Shown piece after piece: positions 57,001-64,000 of a DNA stretch of 64,000 bases. A model generated the notes under the pieces. That model did no database searches. It was given only the letters and a program-made list of their open reading frames with translations, and was not told the origin of the DNA. The DNA lies in assembly GCA_039033595.1 (NCBI GenBank), contig JBCCCG010000015.1:32007-96006 (forward strand), in the 5' to 3' direction. Made by a program: the position numbers and the translations under genes. This DNA is from Planctomycetota bacterium (GTDB taxonomy: Bacteria; Planctomycetota; Phycisphaerae; Phycisphaerales; Phycisphaeraceae). How positions within the stretch are numbered: position 1 is the stretch's first letter; each line of letters opens with the position of its first letter.

Positions 57001-57311
57001 TGCCCCAGCGGATCGAGCAGCCGCACGTTTTCGAGTTGCTGGCCTTTGAGCCAGGCGACTTTGAGATTGTCGACCTCGATCGTGCCTGGGATTTGCTGGT
57101 TGACCTTGCTCAACACCCAGGACGTACCCGGGCTGGTGCTCAACAGCGTCGGTAACAATGCCACCCCGAGCAGCAGCAGCATCGCCCCCGCCACCGCCAG
57201 CCGCACCGGCCAACGCCACCATCGTTTGCGTCTACGCGGTGGCGCGGCGGCCTCTTGCACGGCGATGGTTTCTTCCGCGTCCGGGATGTCGCCAGGATCG
57301 ATCGGCACCAC
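54063..57311 (-). CDS. AsmA/TamB-like large envelope protein
   Basis: It has an N-terminal anchor (WWRWPVRLAVAGAMLLLLGVALLPTLL) followed by about 900 aa of beta-rich repeats (VDNLKVAWLKGQQLENVRLLDP...). The C-terminal end has IVPIGGSVTKPAV plus a charged tail. The assignment is by architecture only. Confidence 0.55.
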   Translation of the reverse strand: MVPIDPGDIPDAEETIAVQEAAAPPRRRKRWWRWPVRLAVAGAMLLLLGVALLPTLLSTSPGTSWVLSKVNQQIPGTIEVDNLKVAWLKGQQLENVRLLDPLGHTVATVDRVDLADVGLVGLLRGSNDFGVVLIEGVHAPLERDATGSVNLDRALGTTLFPRPEPDTTAVQDDSATPPTPTPPAESPRPAETTAPAEKPAPRTTPKPRTRSPRGTLPDDLRLQFALRGVDVSMTGPGIDDVSLVIPEATLTADGPGQLGVTLDATVTQNGDAGQAKMVGTIENLFDAQGKLTLAKAEFDVEGKIVDLPLAALDRLTAGERRLQTFIGPTLDAQVSLQWETADRAALLTVTSEKLNARQGLTVIDDRLVATEESSATLLVTPESWVFLAGDDAAALAEPFRLGLSLYDLNAPRDGQALDFASTTLGVALELLETDAIVLDVADRGRVRIDNALADLTSPAADRRYVFAFTAEVDAFGEAAGKVVAGADLRRGDSGWEAAEADVQMRSLPVPVVEAWLKQGRRLSATFGDSLMLTGKARADGAGGYTLRADFVKASADDDSPGLTGTLTGDYSADGTVSLKSAEGIALTLTPAALEQWLQPVAEAAEVGPSVGLSLPEPSTVTMDLDVQVALRGGADTGFDPRRSRAEIELTLPDTQFEDEWYHRRFPLRNGRIALDAKDLSGPMTATMSFETDAAEAGDTAGRLAADLRINGLWDDAGVLQAERAVVNADVSLQRLPTSVFDALSRQRGYAVAAFGQRLTAKLTAEDLSLAAGGPVTFDVSSESGTVGSLPGRLTPEGVLILESPSTFSLNVTPDLGRLLRFANPVVLPAVASARVPITLTIDNDEFRLPLSDFNWDGFNADVSVLMGEVTIRPNVSPLDKILPSLESFSLISQDKSSLANVSPVTLNIRQGKIGYERMLITIDEVELDFSGTIDLATQTVDMDMALGGTAFAKSRGLEKLEGTIVPIGGSVTKPAVQIDAFISNVATSLLGVPPSNGGSRDLGGLLGDFLRNEAQRQREKLREKDGDSDAETDTTNPEDAEVEEELTPEQAIGGLLGDLLNREIRRAREKRERERAESEGQE

Positions 57312-57381
57312 CAGATTGTAGTCGACGCGTGAAAGCCCAGGGGCGGCGATCCCTCGGCCGCGAGCAAGAAAAACGGGCTCG

Positions 57382-58839
57382 TTACAACTTGTCGGCGGCC
57401 AACGACGCGAGCTCGCTGCGTTCGCTCTTGGCGAGCGTGACGTGGCCGACCTGCGGGGAACCCTTGAGCCGCTCGATGAGGTAGCTCATGCCGTTGCTAG
57501 AGGCGTCGAGGTACGGGTTGTCGATCTGGGCCACGTCGCCGGTGAGGATAATCTTCGTGCCCTCGCCGACGCGGGAGACGATGGTCTTGACCTCGTGGGG
57601 CGTGAGGTTCTGAGCCTCGTCCACGATCATGAACTGCATCGGGATCGACCGGCCGCGGATGTAGGTCAGCGGCTCGAGAACGAGCTGCCCGGTGCTCATG
57701 AACTGCTTGATCCGCTGCTCGATCGGCTTGGAGTCGGCGACTTGGTGACCGACACCGCGCGTGGACATCAGGTATTCGAGGTTGTCGAAGATCGGCTGCA
57801 TCCACGCCGACAGCTTTTCGTCCTTGTCGCCGGGCAGGTACCCGATGTCGCGGCCCATGGGCATGATCGGCCGGGCGACCAGCAGCTTGTCGTAACGCTG
57901 TTCGGTGAACACCTTGGCCATACCCGCCGCCAACGCCAACAGCGTCTTGCCCGTGCCCGCGGTGCCGAGCAGCGTGATCAACTTGATGTCGTCATCCAAC
58001 AGCAGGTCCAGAGCCATGGTCTGTTGCACGTTCCGCGCCATCACACCGAACACCGGCTTGCGGGGGGCGTGAATCGGGATCAGGTGGTCCGTGTCGGCCA
58101 GGCGACGGGCGAGCCCCGTGTGCGACTCGTCGAGCACGTTGCGCAGGTGCACGAACTGGTTCGGCAGCACGTTAGCGACCGATACCGAACCATCCGCACC
58201 CGTCTGCGACAGGTGCGGCTCGAGCGCCTCGAACTCGACCTGCTTCTCTTCGTAGAGCTGATCGATCAGTTCGCCGGGGACGTCGAGCTCGGCGTAGCCG
58301 CGGTAAAGACGATCACTGTCGACCTTCTGCGCCTCGAAATCTTCGGCCGGCACGTCGAGCGCGTCGGCCTTGATCCGCACATTGATATCCTTCGACACCA
58401 ATATGGTGCGCAGCCCGTTCTGGTGCATTTTCCAGGCCACCGAGATGATACGGTTGTCGGGCGCTTCTTCGCGCAGCGCCGCGGGGCGCTCGTCCTCGGC
58501 AAACGCGACGCGGACCGTGCCGCCGTGGCCGTTCCATTCGACGCCCTCGGCAAGCGGGCCCTTCGCCCGGAGCTTGTCGAGCTGGCGGATCACCTCGCGG
58601 CAGTTGCGCCCGGTGTCGTCGTTGTTCTTCTTAAACTTGTCGAGCTCTTCGAGCACCGTGAATGGGATGATCACGTGGTTGTCCGCGAACATGTACAGCG
58701 ACCCGGGGTTGTGCAGGAGCACGTTCGTGTCGAGCACGAAGTGCTTGGTCTGCGTAACCGAGCGGGGCTTGATCGACTCGACATCTTGCAGGGCGGGGGG
58801 CGTGTCGGTGAGTTCCGGGGGGGAAGGGGCTTGGGTCAA
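57382..58839 (-). CDS. PIN-domain + PhoH-like ATPase (YlaK-type)
   Basis: It has PIN VLDTNVLLHNP...IPFTVLEELD and PhoH Walker A LLGTAGTGKTLLALAAG plus IVDEAQNLTPHE. Confidence 0.9.
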   Translation of the reverse strand: MTQAPSPPELTDTPPALQDVESIKPRSVTQTKHFVLDTNVLLHNPGSLYMFADNHVIIPFTVLEELDKFKKNNDDTGRNCREVIRQLDKLRAKGPLAEGVEWNGHGGTVRVAFAEDERPAALREEAPDNRIISVAWKMHQNGLRTILVSKDINVRIKADALDVPAEDFEAQKVDSDRLYRGYAELDVPGELIDQLYEEKQVEFEALEPHLSQTGADGSVSVANVLPNQFVHLRNVLDESHTGLARRLADTDHLIPIHAPRKPVFGVMARNVQQTMALDLLLDDDIKLITLLGTAGTGKTLLALAAGMAKVFTEQRYDKLLVARPIMPMGRDIGYLPGDKDEKLSAWMQPIFDNLEYLMSTRGVGHQVADSKPIEQRIKQFMSTGQLVLEPLTYIRGRSIPMQFMIVDEAQNLTPHEVKTIVSRVGEGTKIILTGDVAQIDNPYLDASSNGMSYLIERLKGSPQVGHVTLAKSERSELASLAADKL

Positions 58840-58962
58840 GATGTTTCTCTCTGTGGCCGACGGGTTCCGGGGCGGAATCGCCGGATTTATTATTACTATC
58901 GAATCTATCGACGGGTTCGTTGCGAACCGATAAAAAGCGTCCGGGTAGGCGTTGTCGGCCGG

Positions 58963-59544
58963 TTAATCGCTGGTTAAACCCCGCCAATCCTCCCGCAAGA
59001 TCGCGTAAAGGCGATGATCCACCCAGCGGTCCCCCCAGCGGGCGATGTGCCGCAGCGTTCCTTCGTGGGTAAAACCCAGCCGCTCGGGCACGCCGCAGCT
59101 GCGGCGGTTATCGGGCTCGGCCCGGATCGTGACGCGGTCCAGCCCGACCTCGCTGAAGGCGTAGTCCAGCAGCCGCGCGACGCAGCGTGTCATGATCCCC
59201 CGCCCCGCCACGTCCTCGGCCAGCCAGTAGCCGATGTCCGCGGAACTCGCCATAAGGTTCCAGTCCGGGCGGTGCTCCTGGCGCCAGTCGGTCCAGCCGC
59301 AGCCGCCGACCACCCGGCCGTTCTCCAGCACCGACAGCGGCAGCTGACGCCGTTCACCGAAACCACGCAACGACGCCTTGGCCCATTCCCGGCAGCCCTC
59401 AACGTCGTACGCATCGGTACACCACGGCAGCCACTTCCCGACGTAGCCGATGTTGGCCCGGACAACCGGAACAATCTCCTCGGCGTGTTCGGGCGCGACC
59501 AAGCGCAGCGATATTTCACCGTCCACCGGGATAATCAAGCTCAT
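58963..59544 (-). CDS. GNAT N-acetyltransferase (RimJ/RimL-like)
   Basis: It has MSLIIPVDGEISLRLVAPEHAEE...IGYWLAEDVAGRGIMTR..LDYAF...LGFTHEGTLR. GGAGGAGAG lies 8 nt upstream of the ATG. Confidence 0.85.
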   Translation of the reverse strand: MSLIIPVDGEISLRLVAPEHAEEIVPVVRANIGYVGKWLPWCTDAYDVEGCREWAKASLRGFGERRQLPLSVLENGRVVGGCGWTDWRQEHRPDWNLMASSADIGYWLAEDVAGRGIMTRCVARLLDYAFSEVGLDRVTIRAEPDNRRSCGVPERLGFTHEGTLRHIARWGDRWVDHRLYAILREDWRGLTSD

Positions 59545-59641
59545 ATCACACTCTCCTCCGGCTCGGGAGTTTCACCCACCCGCCGGCCTATCAAAATCTC
59601 GTCGACGCAAGTCGGCGCGATGGTCTTGGGTTTAAACAAAC

Positions 59642-60433
59642 TCACGCGTCGCCTCCACGTTTGGCCGTCACGTCGATCCGACGGAACGACTCGAAGAAAC
59701 CGCCGTCGGCCCGACCGCACCGCTTGGTCATCGTCTCGATAACCCGCTGACGAAACCTCGGCCGCAGCGTCTCCAGGAGGCGCGGCAGGAACGGCAGCAG
59801 CGCGGGCTGGTCGATCCAGCGGATCATCTCGTCGGCGTCCGCGAACGTCCGGTCGCGGTTCTGACCCACCACCGAGGCGCTCTCGAAACCCGCCGTGGTA
59901 ATCTGCCGGGTATACACGTCAGCCGACGGCTGGTACCAGGGCCAAACGAACCCGTCGAAGCAGAAGGCGAACTCGTCGGCTCGCATCAACTCGCCGACCG
60001 TCTTCATGAACGTGGCGCAGTTTCCCTCGGCCATGAAGTTCACGCGCAGCCGGCCACCGGGCTTGAGCACGCCGTAGACCAGCCGCAGCAGCGCATCGTG
60101 GTCCAGCACCCAGTGCATCGCGGCGTTAGAAACGACCAAGTCGTAGCCTGGTTCGGCGTCGATCGACTCCATAGCGCCGTGCTGCCACGACAGGTTCGGC
60201 GCGTGGCGTTTCCGGGCGGTGTCGAGCATGCTGCCCGACGCGTCGAGCCCGACCACCGCCCCTTGTGGCACGCGCTCGGCGATCATCGCCGTCAAAGCCC
60301 CGTCGCCGCAGCCCAGGTCCAGCACACGCTCGTCGCCGCGCCAGTCGACCGAATCGACCATCGCCCGCCCCCACTCGTTCTGATGCCGCGAGCCCTGTCG
60401 GTACGCCTCGCCGTCGAAAATGAATTGACTCAT
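59642..60433 (-). CDS. class I SAM-dependent methyltransferase (Tam-like)
   Basis: It has VLDLGCGDGALT (motif I), VVGLDASGSML and DLVVSNAAMHWV. ATG 60433 shares 1 nt with the upstream stop (TGATG). Confidence 0.85.
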   Translation of the reverse strand: MSQFIFDGEAYRQGSRHQNEWGRAMVDSVDWRGDERVLDLGCGDGALTAMIAERVPQGAVVGLDASGSMLDTARKRHAPNLSWQHGAMESIDAEPGYDLVVSNAAMHWVLDHDALLRLVYGVLKPGGRLRVNFMAEGNCATFMKTVGELMRADEFAFCFDGFVWPWYQPSADVYTRQITTAGFESASVVGQNRDRTFADADEMIRWIDQPALLPFLPRLLETLRPRFRQRVIETMTKRCGRADGGFFESFRRIDVTAKRGGDA

Positions 60434-60687
60434 CACGGCACTTCCCGCTCTGAAGTATTGCGTACGTCGCGCCACATCGTGACGTCGTCTTTGTACCGCC
60501 CGGGGCCGAACTTAGTGCGCTGGGGGAAACAGCCGATCTCGACGAAACCGACCTTGCGGAACAGCGCGATCGCGTGCGCATTGTCGGCGTAGACCATCAG
60601 TTGCAGCGCTTCGAGAGCGGCGTGCCGCTCCGCCCAATTGACCAAACGCAGCGTGATTTCATCATCGACGGGGATGATCAGACTCAC
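60433..60687 (-). CDS. 84-aa core-deleted GNAT remnant (chimeric; possibly a pseudogene)
   Basis: GTG 60687 overlaps the upstream stop (GTGA). Residues 1-17, MSLIIPVDDEITLRLVNW, are near-identical to the N-terminus of the 58963-59544 GNAT. The rest, AERHAALEALQLMVYADN...KFGPGRYKDDVTMWRDV, is about 60% identical by eye to the C-terminus of the 61445-62038 GNAT. The acetyl-CoA loop (R/QxxGxG/A) is missing. Confidence 0.5.
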   Translation of the reverse strand: MSLIIPVDDEITLRLVNWAERHAALEALQLMVYADNAHAIALFRKVGFVEIGCFPQRTKFGPGRYKDDVTMWRDVRNTSEREVP

Positions 60688-61448
60688 GGCGTAACCCCTC
60701 GCGACTTCATACCGCCGAAGACCCCGAACCGTCCGTTTACGTGTAGGACATCCAGATCTGTGAGGCCAACCTCCCGCATCTTCTCCAGCTGCCACACCAG
60801 TGAACGCGGCGAATCTTCCTTGTCTACGTATGCCAGTACGTGGTCGCGGTAGCTCTTGTCGCGGATCGTTTCGAGGTAGTCGCCCCACCGTTCGCGTGCG
60901 AGCTTACGCACCGCGGGATGGTGTTGTTCAAGCGAATCGCTGATCCAGAGAACACCCCCGGGCTTCAAGCCACGGTGGATCGCGGAAAATACATCCATCC
61001 ACTCCAACGCGTGACGAAGGTGATGCAGGCACTGCGCGGCGATCACGGCGTCAAATCGCTGAGCCTCATAAGCGAATTCGCGTACGTCGGCTTGGACCGC
61101 GTTCAACCGCACCCTGGGGAAAGACGCGGAGATCCGCTCGATGGCACGGTCCAGCATCGGCCGCGATAGATCGACCAGCGTCACCTGCTCCGGCGGCACC
61201 TCGTAACCCATCAGTAACCTGAGCGTGTAGTTACCCGCCCCGCACCCCAAGTCCAGTAAATGCTTTGCGTCCGGGACCGCCCGCTGCACCGCCTCCGCAA
61301 CGAGTTCCAAATGCAACGGTGAATCCATCGCCGCCGACTGACCGGTTTCGAGGTTTGAGAACTGCTCGACGTCGCCGTCGAAACGTCGACGGATCTCTTC
61401 GACCGTGAACTTATCACGAAACGATTCTTCGGTGCCAAACACACTCAC
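60684..61448 (-). CDS. class I SAM-dependent methyltransferase (CmoA-like layout)
   Basis: It has LLDLGCGAGNYT (motif I), LVDLSRPMLD, AAQCLHHL and GGVLWISD. GTG 61448 overlaps the upstream stop. Confidence 0.85.
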   Translation of the reverse strand: MSVFGTEESFRDKFTVEEIRRRFDGDVEQFSNLETGQSAAMDSPLHLELVAEAVQRAVPDAKHLLDLGCGAGNYTLRLLMGYEVPPEQVTLVDLSRPMLDRAIERISASFPRVRLNAVQADVREFAYEAQRFDAVIAAQCLHHLRHALEWMDVFSAIHRGLKPGGVLWISDSLEQHHPAVRKLARERWGDYLETIRDKSYRDHVLAYVDKEDSPRSLVWQLEKMREVGLTDLDVLHVNGRFGVFGGMKSRGVTP

Positions 61449-62038
61449 GATTTAGTCTCCGCTTTCGATACCGAAACGTCACGGTACATCACGACCGCGT
61501 CTTTGTAGTCTCCGGGGCCGAACTTCATGCGGCGGGGGATGCGTCCGGCCTCGGTGAAGCCGACACGTCGGTAGAGACACTGGGCCCGCTCGTTGTCGGC
61601 GTAGACTTCGAGTTGCAACAACTCCGTAACGGGGTGCGACTCGGCCCATTCGATCAACGCGTTCATCATCGCCGAGCCGAGTCCGACGCCGCGGAACTCG
61701 CGTCGCAGCGTCATACCGAGCAGGCTGACGTGGGCGAGGCGCGACCGGCGCATCCGGCTGACGTTGAGCGAGCCGACGACTCGCCGACCGGACTCAGCGA
61801 TCATCCACAAGTCGCCGCGTGCCGCGTCTTGTTCGGAAAGCAGTTGGCGTTCCTGCTCGACGGTGTACGTGAACTCCTCAGGCGTCGTGCAGATGTACGG
61901 CGTCACCTCGGGCAGGATGTCGTGCATGTACGCCAGCACCGCCTCGGCGTCGTCTGGCACCGCCCGCCGTATACGCAGCTCTCGACCGTCCGATGTGGCG
62001 TGGAACCGCGGCGCGAACTCGGAGGCGGACCCGCTCAC
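61445..62038 (-). CDS. GNAT N-acetyltransferase
   Basis: It has LRREFRGVGLGSAMMNALIEWA (motif A) and LEVYADNERAQCLYRRVGF. GTG 62038 overlaps the leuA stop (GTGA). Confidence 0.85.
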   Translation of the reverse strand: MSGSASEFAPRFHATSDGRELRIRRAVPDDAEAVLAYMHDILPEVTPYICTTPEEFTYTVEQERQLLSEQDAARGDLWMIAESGRRVVGSLNVSRMRRSRLAHVSLLGMTLRREFRGVGLGSAMMNALIEWAESHPVTELLQLEVYADNERAQCLYRRVGFTEAGRIPRRMKFGPGDYKDAVVMYRDVSVSKAETKS

Positions 62039-63633
62039 GGCTGCTCCGGTTTCTCGTGGAAGATCTCCACCCCGTTCTCGGTCATCGTGGTCGCTGCGAC
62101 GGCGCGGTCCTCGGCGGTCTTGATGCGGTTGATCGCGCCGAGGTACGCGTTGGCCGCCGCCTCGATGACGTCGGTGGACACCCCCCGGCCGCGGACCTGC
62201 TTGCCGTGGTGGTTGAGCATGACGGTGGCCTCGCCCTGGGCGTCTTTGCCGCCGGTGATGGCACGGGTGGCGTAGTCTTCTAGTCTGGCCTCGACACCGG
62301 TGATGCGCTGGATCGCCGAGAAGATCGCGTCGAGCGGGCCGTCACCGGGCGCGGCGTCTTCCCTGATCTCCCCGGACGAATCGCGCATCACCACCGTCGC
62401 CATCGCGGTCTGGTCGCTGCTGCTGGTGACCTGGAAGCGCTCGAGCTTCCACAAGGCCCGCTCGCTTTCCAGCGTCTGATCCAGGATCGCCTCGATGTCT
62501 TCGTCGTAGACATCCTTTTTCTTGTCGGCCAACGCCTTGAACGCGTCGTACACGCGCTGCAGCGTTTCGTCGTCGACCGTGTAGCCCAAGGCCTTGATCC
62601 GATCGCCGAGCGCGTGCCGGCCCGAGTGCTTGCCCAACACCAGCTTCGACTCGGGCACGCCGATGGCCTGCGGGTCCATAATCTCGTAGGTGTTGCGGTT
62701 CTTGAGCATGCCGTCTTGGTGGATGCCGGATTCGTGAGCGAACGCGTTCTCGCCAACCACGGCTTTGTTACGCTGCACCTGCAACCCCGTCAGATTCGAG
62801 ACCATGCGCGAGGTCGGGTAGATCTTGTTGGCCACGATGTTCGTGGTGAACCGCTCGTAGTAGTCGGCCCGCGTGCGCATCGCCATGACCAGTTCTTCGA
62901 GCGCGGCGTTGCCAGCGCGTTCGCCGATGCCGTTGACGGTGCACTCGATCTGACGGGCACCGTGCCGCATCGCCGACAGCGAGTTGGCCACGGCCAGCCC
63001 CAGGTCGTTGTGGCAGTGGCTGGACAGGTAGATACCGCGCTCGTCGATCATCGGCAGTTTTTCGCGAACGTAAGCGAAAATGTGGCCGTACTCGGCGGGC
63101 ACGGCGTAGCCGACGGTGTCGGGGATGTTGATCGTCGTCGCGCCCGCCTCGATGACCGCGTGGGTGATCTCGACCAGCTTGTCCAACTCGGTCCGGCTGC
63201 CGTCTTCGGGGGAGAACTCGACGTCCTCCACGTACCCACGGGCCTGCTCGACGCTGCGCACCGACAGCTCGATGATCTGCTCGAACGCCTTCTTGAGCTT
63301 GTGCTCGCGGTGGATCTTACTGGTGGCACAGAACACGTGGATCCGCCCGCCGCCGGCCGTGCCGCAGCCCTTCACCGCTTCGCCGGCCCGGTCGATGTCG
63401 CGCGGCACGCAGCGCGCCAACCCGCAGACGATCGGTTTAGTCAGCTCCGACGCGATCGCCTTGACCGCGTCGAAATCGCCCTGACTCGTGATCGGAAAGC
63501 CGGCCTCGATCACATCGACGCCCAGCGCCTCAAGCTGGCGGGCGATCTCGAGCTTCTCGGCGTGGTTTAACGAGGCGCCGGGGGATTGCTCGCCGTCGCG
63601 GAGCGTGGTATCGAAGATGCGGATCGGGTTCAT
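62035..63633 (-). CDS. leuA: 2-isopropylmalate synthase (citramalate synthase not excluded)
   Basis: It has IFDTTLRDGEQSPG, HCHNDLGLAVANSL, ECTVNGIGERAGNAALEE and HESGIHQDG, plus a C-terminal LeuA allosteric/dimerisation domain. Confidence 0.92.
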   Translation of the reverse strand: MNPIRIFDTTLRDGEQSPGASLNHAEKLEIARQLEALGVDVIEAGFPITSQGDFDAVKAIASELTKPIVCGLARCVPRDIDRAGEAVKGCGTAGGGRIHVFCATSKIHREHKLKKAFEQIIELSVRSVEQARGYVEDVEFSPEDGSRTELDKLVEITHAVIEAGATTINIPDTVGYAVPAEYGHIFAYVREKLPMIDERGIYLSSHCHNDLGLAVANSLSAMRHGARQIECTVNGIGERAGNAALEELVMAMRTRADYYERFTTNIVANKIYPTSRMVSNLTGLQVQRNKAVVGENAFAHESGIHQDGMLKNRNTYEIMDPQAIGVPESKLVLGKHSGRHALGDRIKALGYTVDDETLQRVYDAFKALADKKKDVYDEDIEAILDQTLESERALWKLERFQVTSSSDQTAMATVVMRDSSGEIREDAAPGDGPLDAIFSAIQRITGVEARLEDYATRAITGGKDAQGEATVMLNHHGKQVRGRGVSTDVIEAAANAYLGAINRIKTAEDRAVAATTMTENGVEIFHEKPEQP

Positions 63634-63721
63634 CGGTCGGGTCCTTTCGGGACGGGCGGTGCGGTCGACGGGGACCGCGGTTTATATTCTTTTCGGAAGC
63701 ACAGACTTACGGGTGGACAAC

Positions 63722-63745
63722 AAAAAACCCCGTCGGCTCGGGGCC
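63722..63745 (-). terminator. intrinsic-terminator-like hairpin in the leuA leader (attenuator candidate)
   Basis: On the minus strand, (GG)CCCCG-AGCCGA-CGGGG is followed by TTTTTT, about 85 nt upstream of the leuA ATG and downstream of a promoter-like element. Confidence 0.5.
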
Positions 63746-63783
63746 AGACAGGGTCAGCAGCGGTTCGTGCGTTGCGGTATTCC

Positions 63784-63861
63784 CTATCTGGTCCAATCCA
63801 TAAGCAGCAAGCCCGAGAGCTCAACGCCAATGATCAGGTAGGGGCGGGTTGCGTAACGCAT
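63784..63861 (-). CDS. candidate 25-aa leader peptide MRYATRPYLIIGVELSGLLLMDWTR
   Basis: An ATG..TAG ORF lies between the promoter-like element and the terminator hairpin. It has three consecutive Leu codons, TTG CTG CTT, at 63810-63802. There is no SD, and the ATG is about 10 nt from the -10 (leaderless-like). Confidence 0.35.
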   Translation of the reverse strand: MRYATRPYLIIGVELSGLLLMDWTR

Positions 63862-63870
63862 GAGTACGGA

Positions 63871-63899
63871 AAGATATCCGCGTGGTGGCGGCGTGTCAA
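63871..63899 (-). promoter_or_regulatory. sigma70-like promoter TTGACA-17-TATCTT
   Basis: On the minus strand, TTGACA lies at 63899-63894 and TATCTT at 63876-63871 with a 17-nt spacer. It directly follows the upstream gene's terminator. Confidence 0.4.
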
Positions 63900-63901
63900 C
63901 G

Positions 63902-63939
63902 AAAAAGAACGGTCCAACGCGGGCAGGCGTTGGCCGTTC
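63902..63939 (-). terminator. intrinsic terminator of the upstream (mostly off-window) gene
   Basis: On the minus strand, GAACGGCCAACGC-CTGCCC-GCGTTGGACCGTTC (13 bp with one bulge) is followed by TTTTT. Confidence 0.6.
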
Positions 63940-64000
63940 TGGAGAAAGTGGGAGGGCGTTTAACGAGTGCTGCCGCGGGGGTCGCCGGCCCGTGGGTGGA

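Noticed and set aside
63960-64000. Possible 3' end of a minus-strand gene at the window edge
   Set aside because: Only about 40 nt are visible, so the frame and identity cannot be supported. It is used only as context for the terminator at 63902-63939.

Overview
High-GC (about 65-70% by spot counts) bacterial chromosomal window that is densely coding: about 55 CDS calls, on both strands. I found no rRNA, tRNA, CRISPR array or intact mobile element. Several motifs suggest a Planctomycetota/PVC-type organism, though this is inference only: a PEP-CTERM tail, dockerin-like Ca loops, an H-X9-DG-like pseudopilin, an N-terminal LExLExR motif and many lipobox proteins. Recognisable housekeeping genes are msrB, a TrmH/SpoU methyltransferase, gatB, queC, cdsA, infC, dinB, rpmB-dnaG-rpoD, hflX, apgM, an MlaF/MlaD-like pair, a DegT aminotransferase, an aldo/keto reductase, PhoH/PIN and leuA. 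Accessory content includes a secreted GH13 amylase with dockerin-like and PEP-CTERM modules, a GH94-like phosphorylase, an RTX-type repeat protein and a PilZ-PAS-GGDEF-EAL protein. It also includes a PadR gene paired with a giant membrane protein, an AraC/PhyH divergent pair and several orphan lipoproteins. The observations most worth follow-up are these. (1) A promoter, a Leu-Leu-Leu leader ORF and a terminator lie in front of leuA, which looks like a leucine attenuator. (2) A chain of GNAT and methyltransferase genes is fused to leuA by start/stop overlaps, and it includes an 84-aa chimeric, core-deleted GNAT. (3) A radical SAM/SPASM maturase is translationally coupled to two family-less proteins at the window edge. 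(4) A decayed hicAB module (TGA at the conserved Cys codon of hicB) lies in a low-GC islet. (5) infC has a non-canonical ATC start missed by the ORF track. (6) A roughly 700-nt structured non-coding gap lies between convergent genes. All family calls come from motif recognition by eye; no database search was run. Many long ORFs in the track are antisense shadow ORFs typical of high-GC DNA and were rejected.
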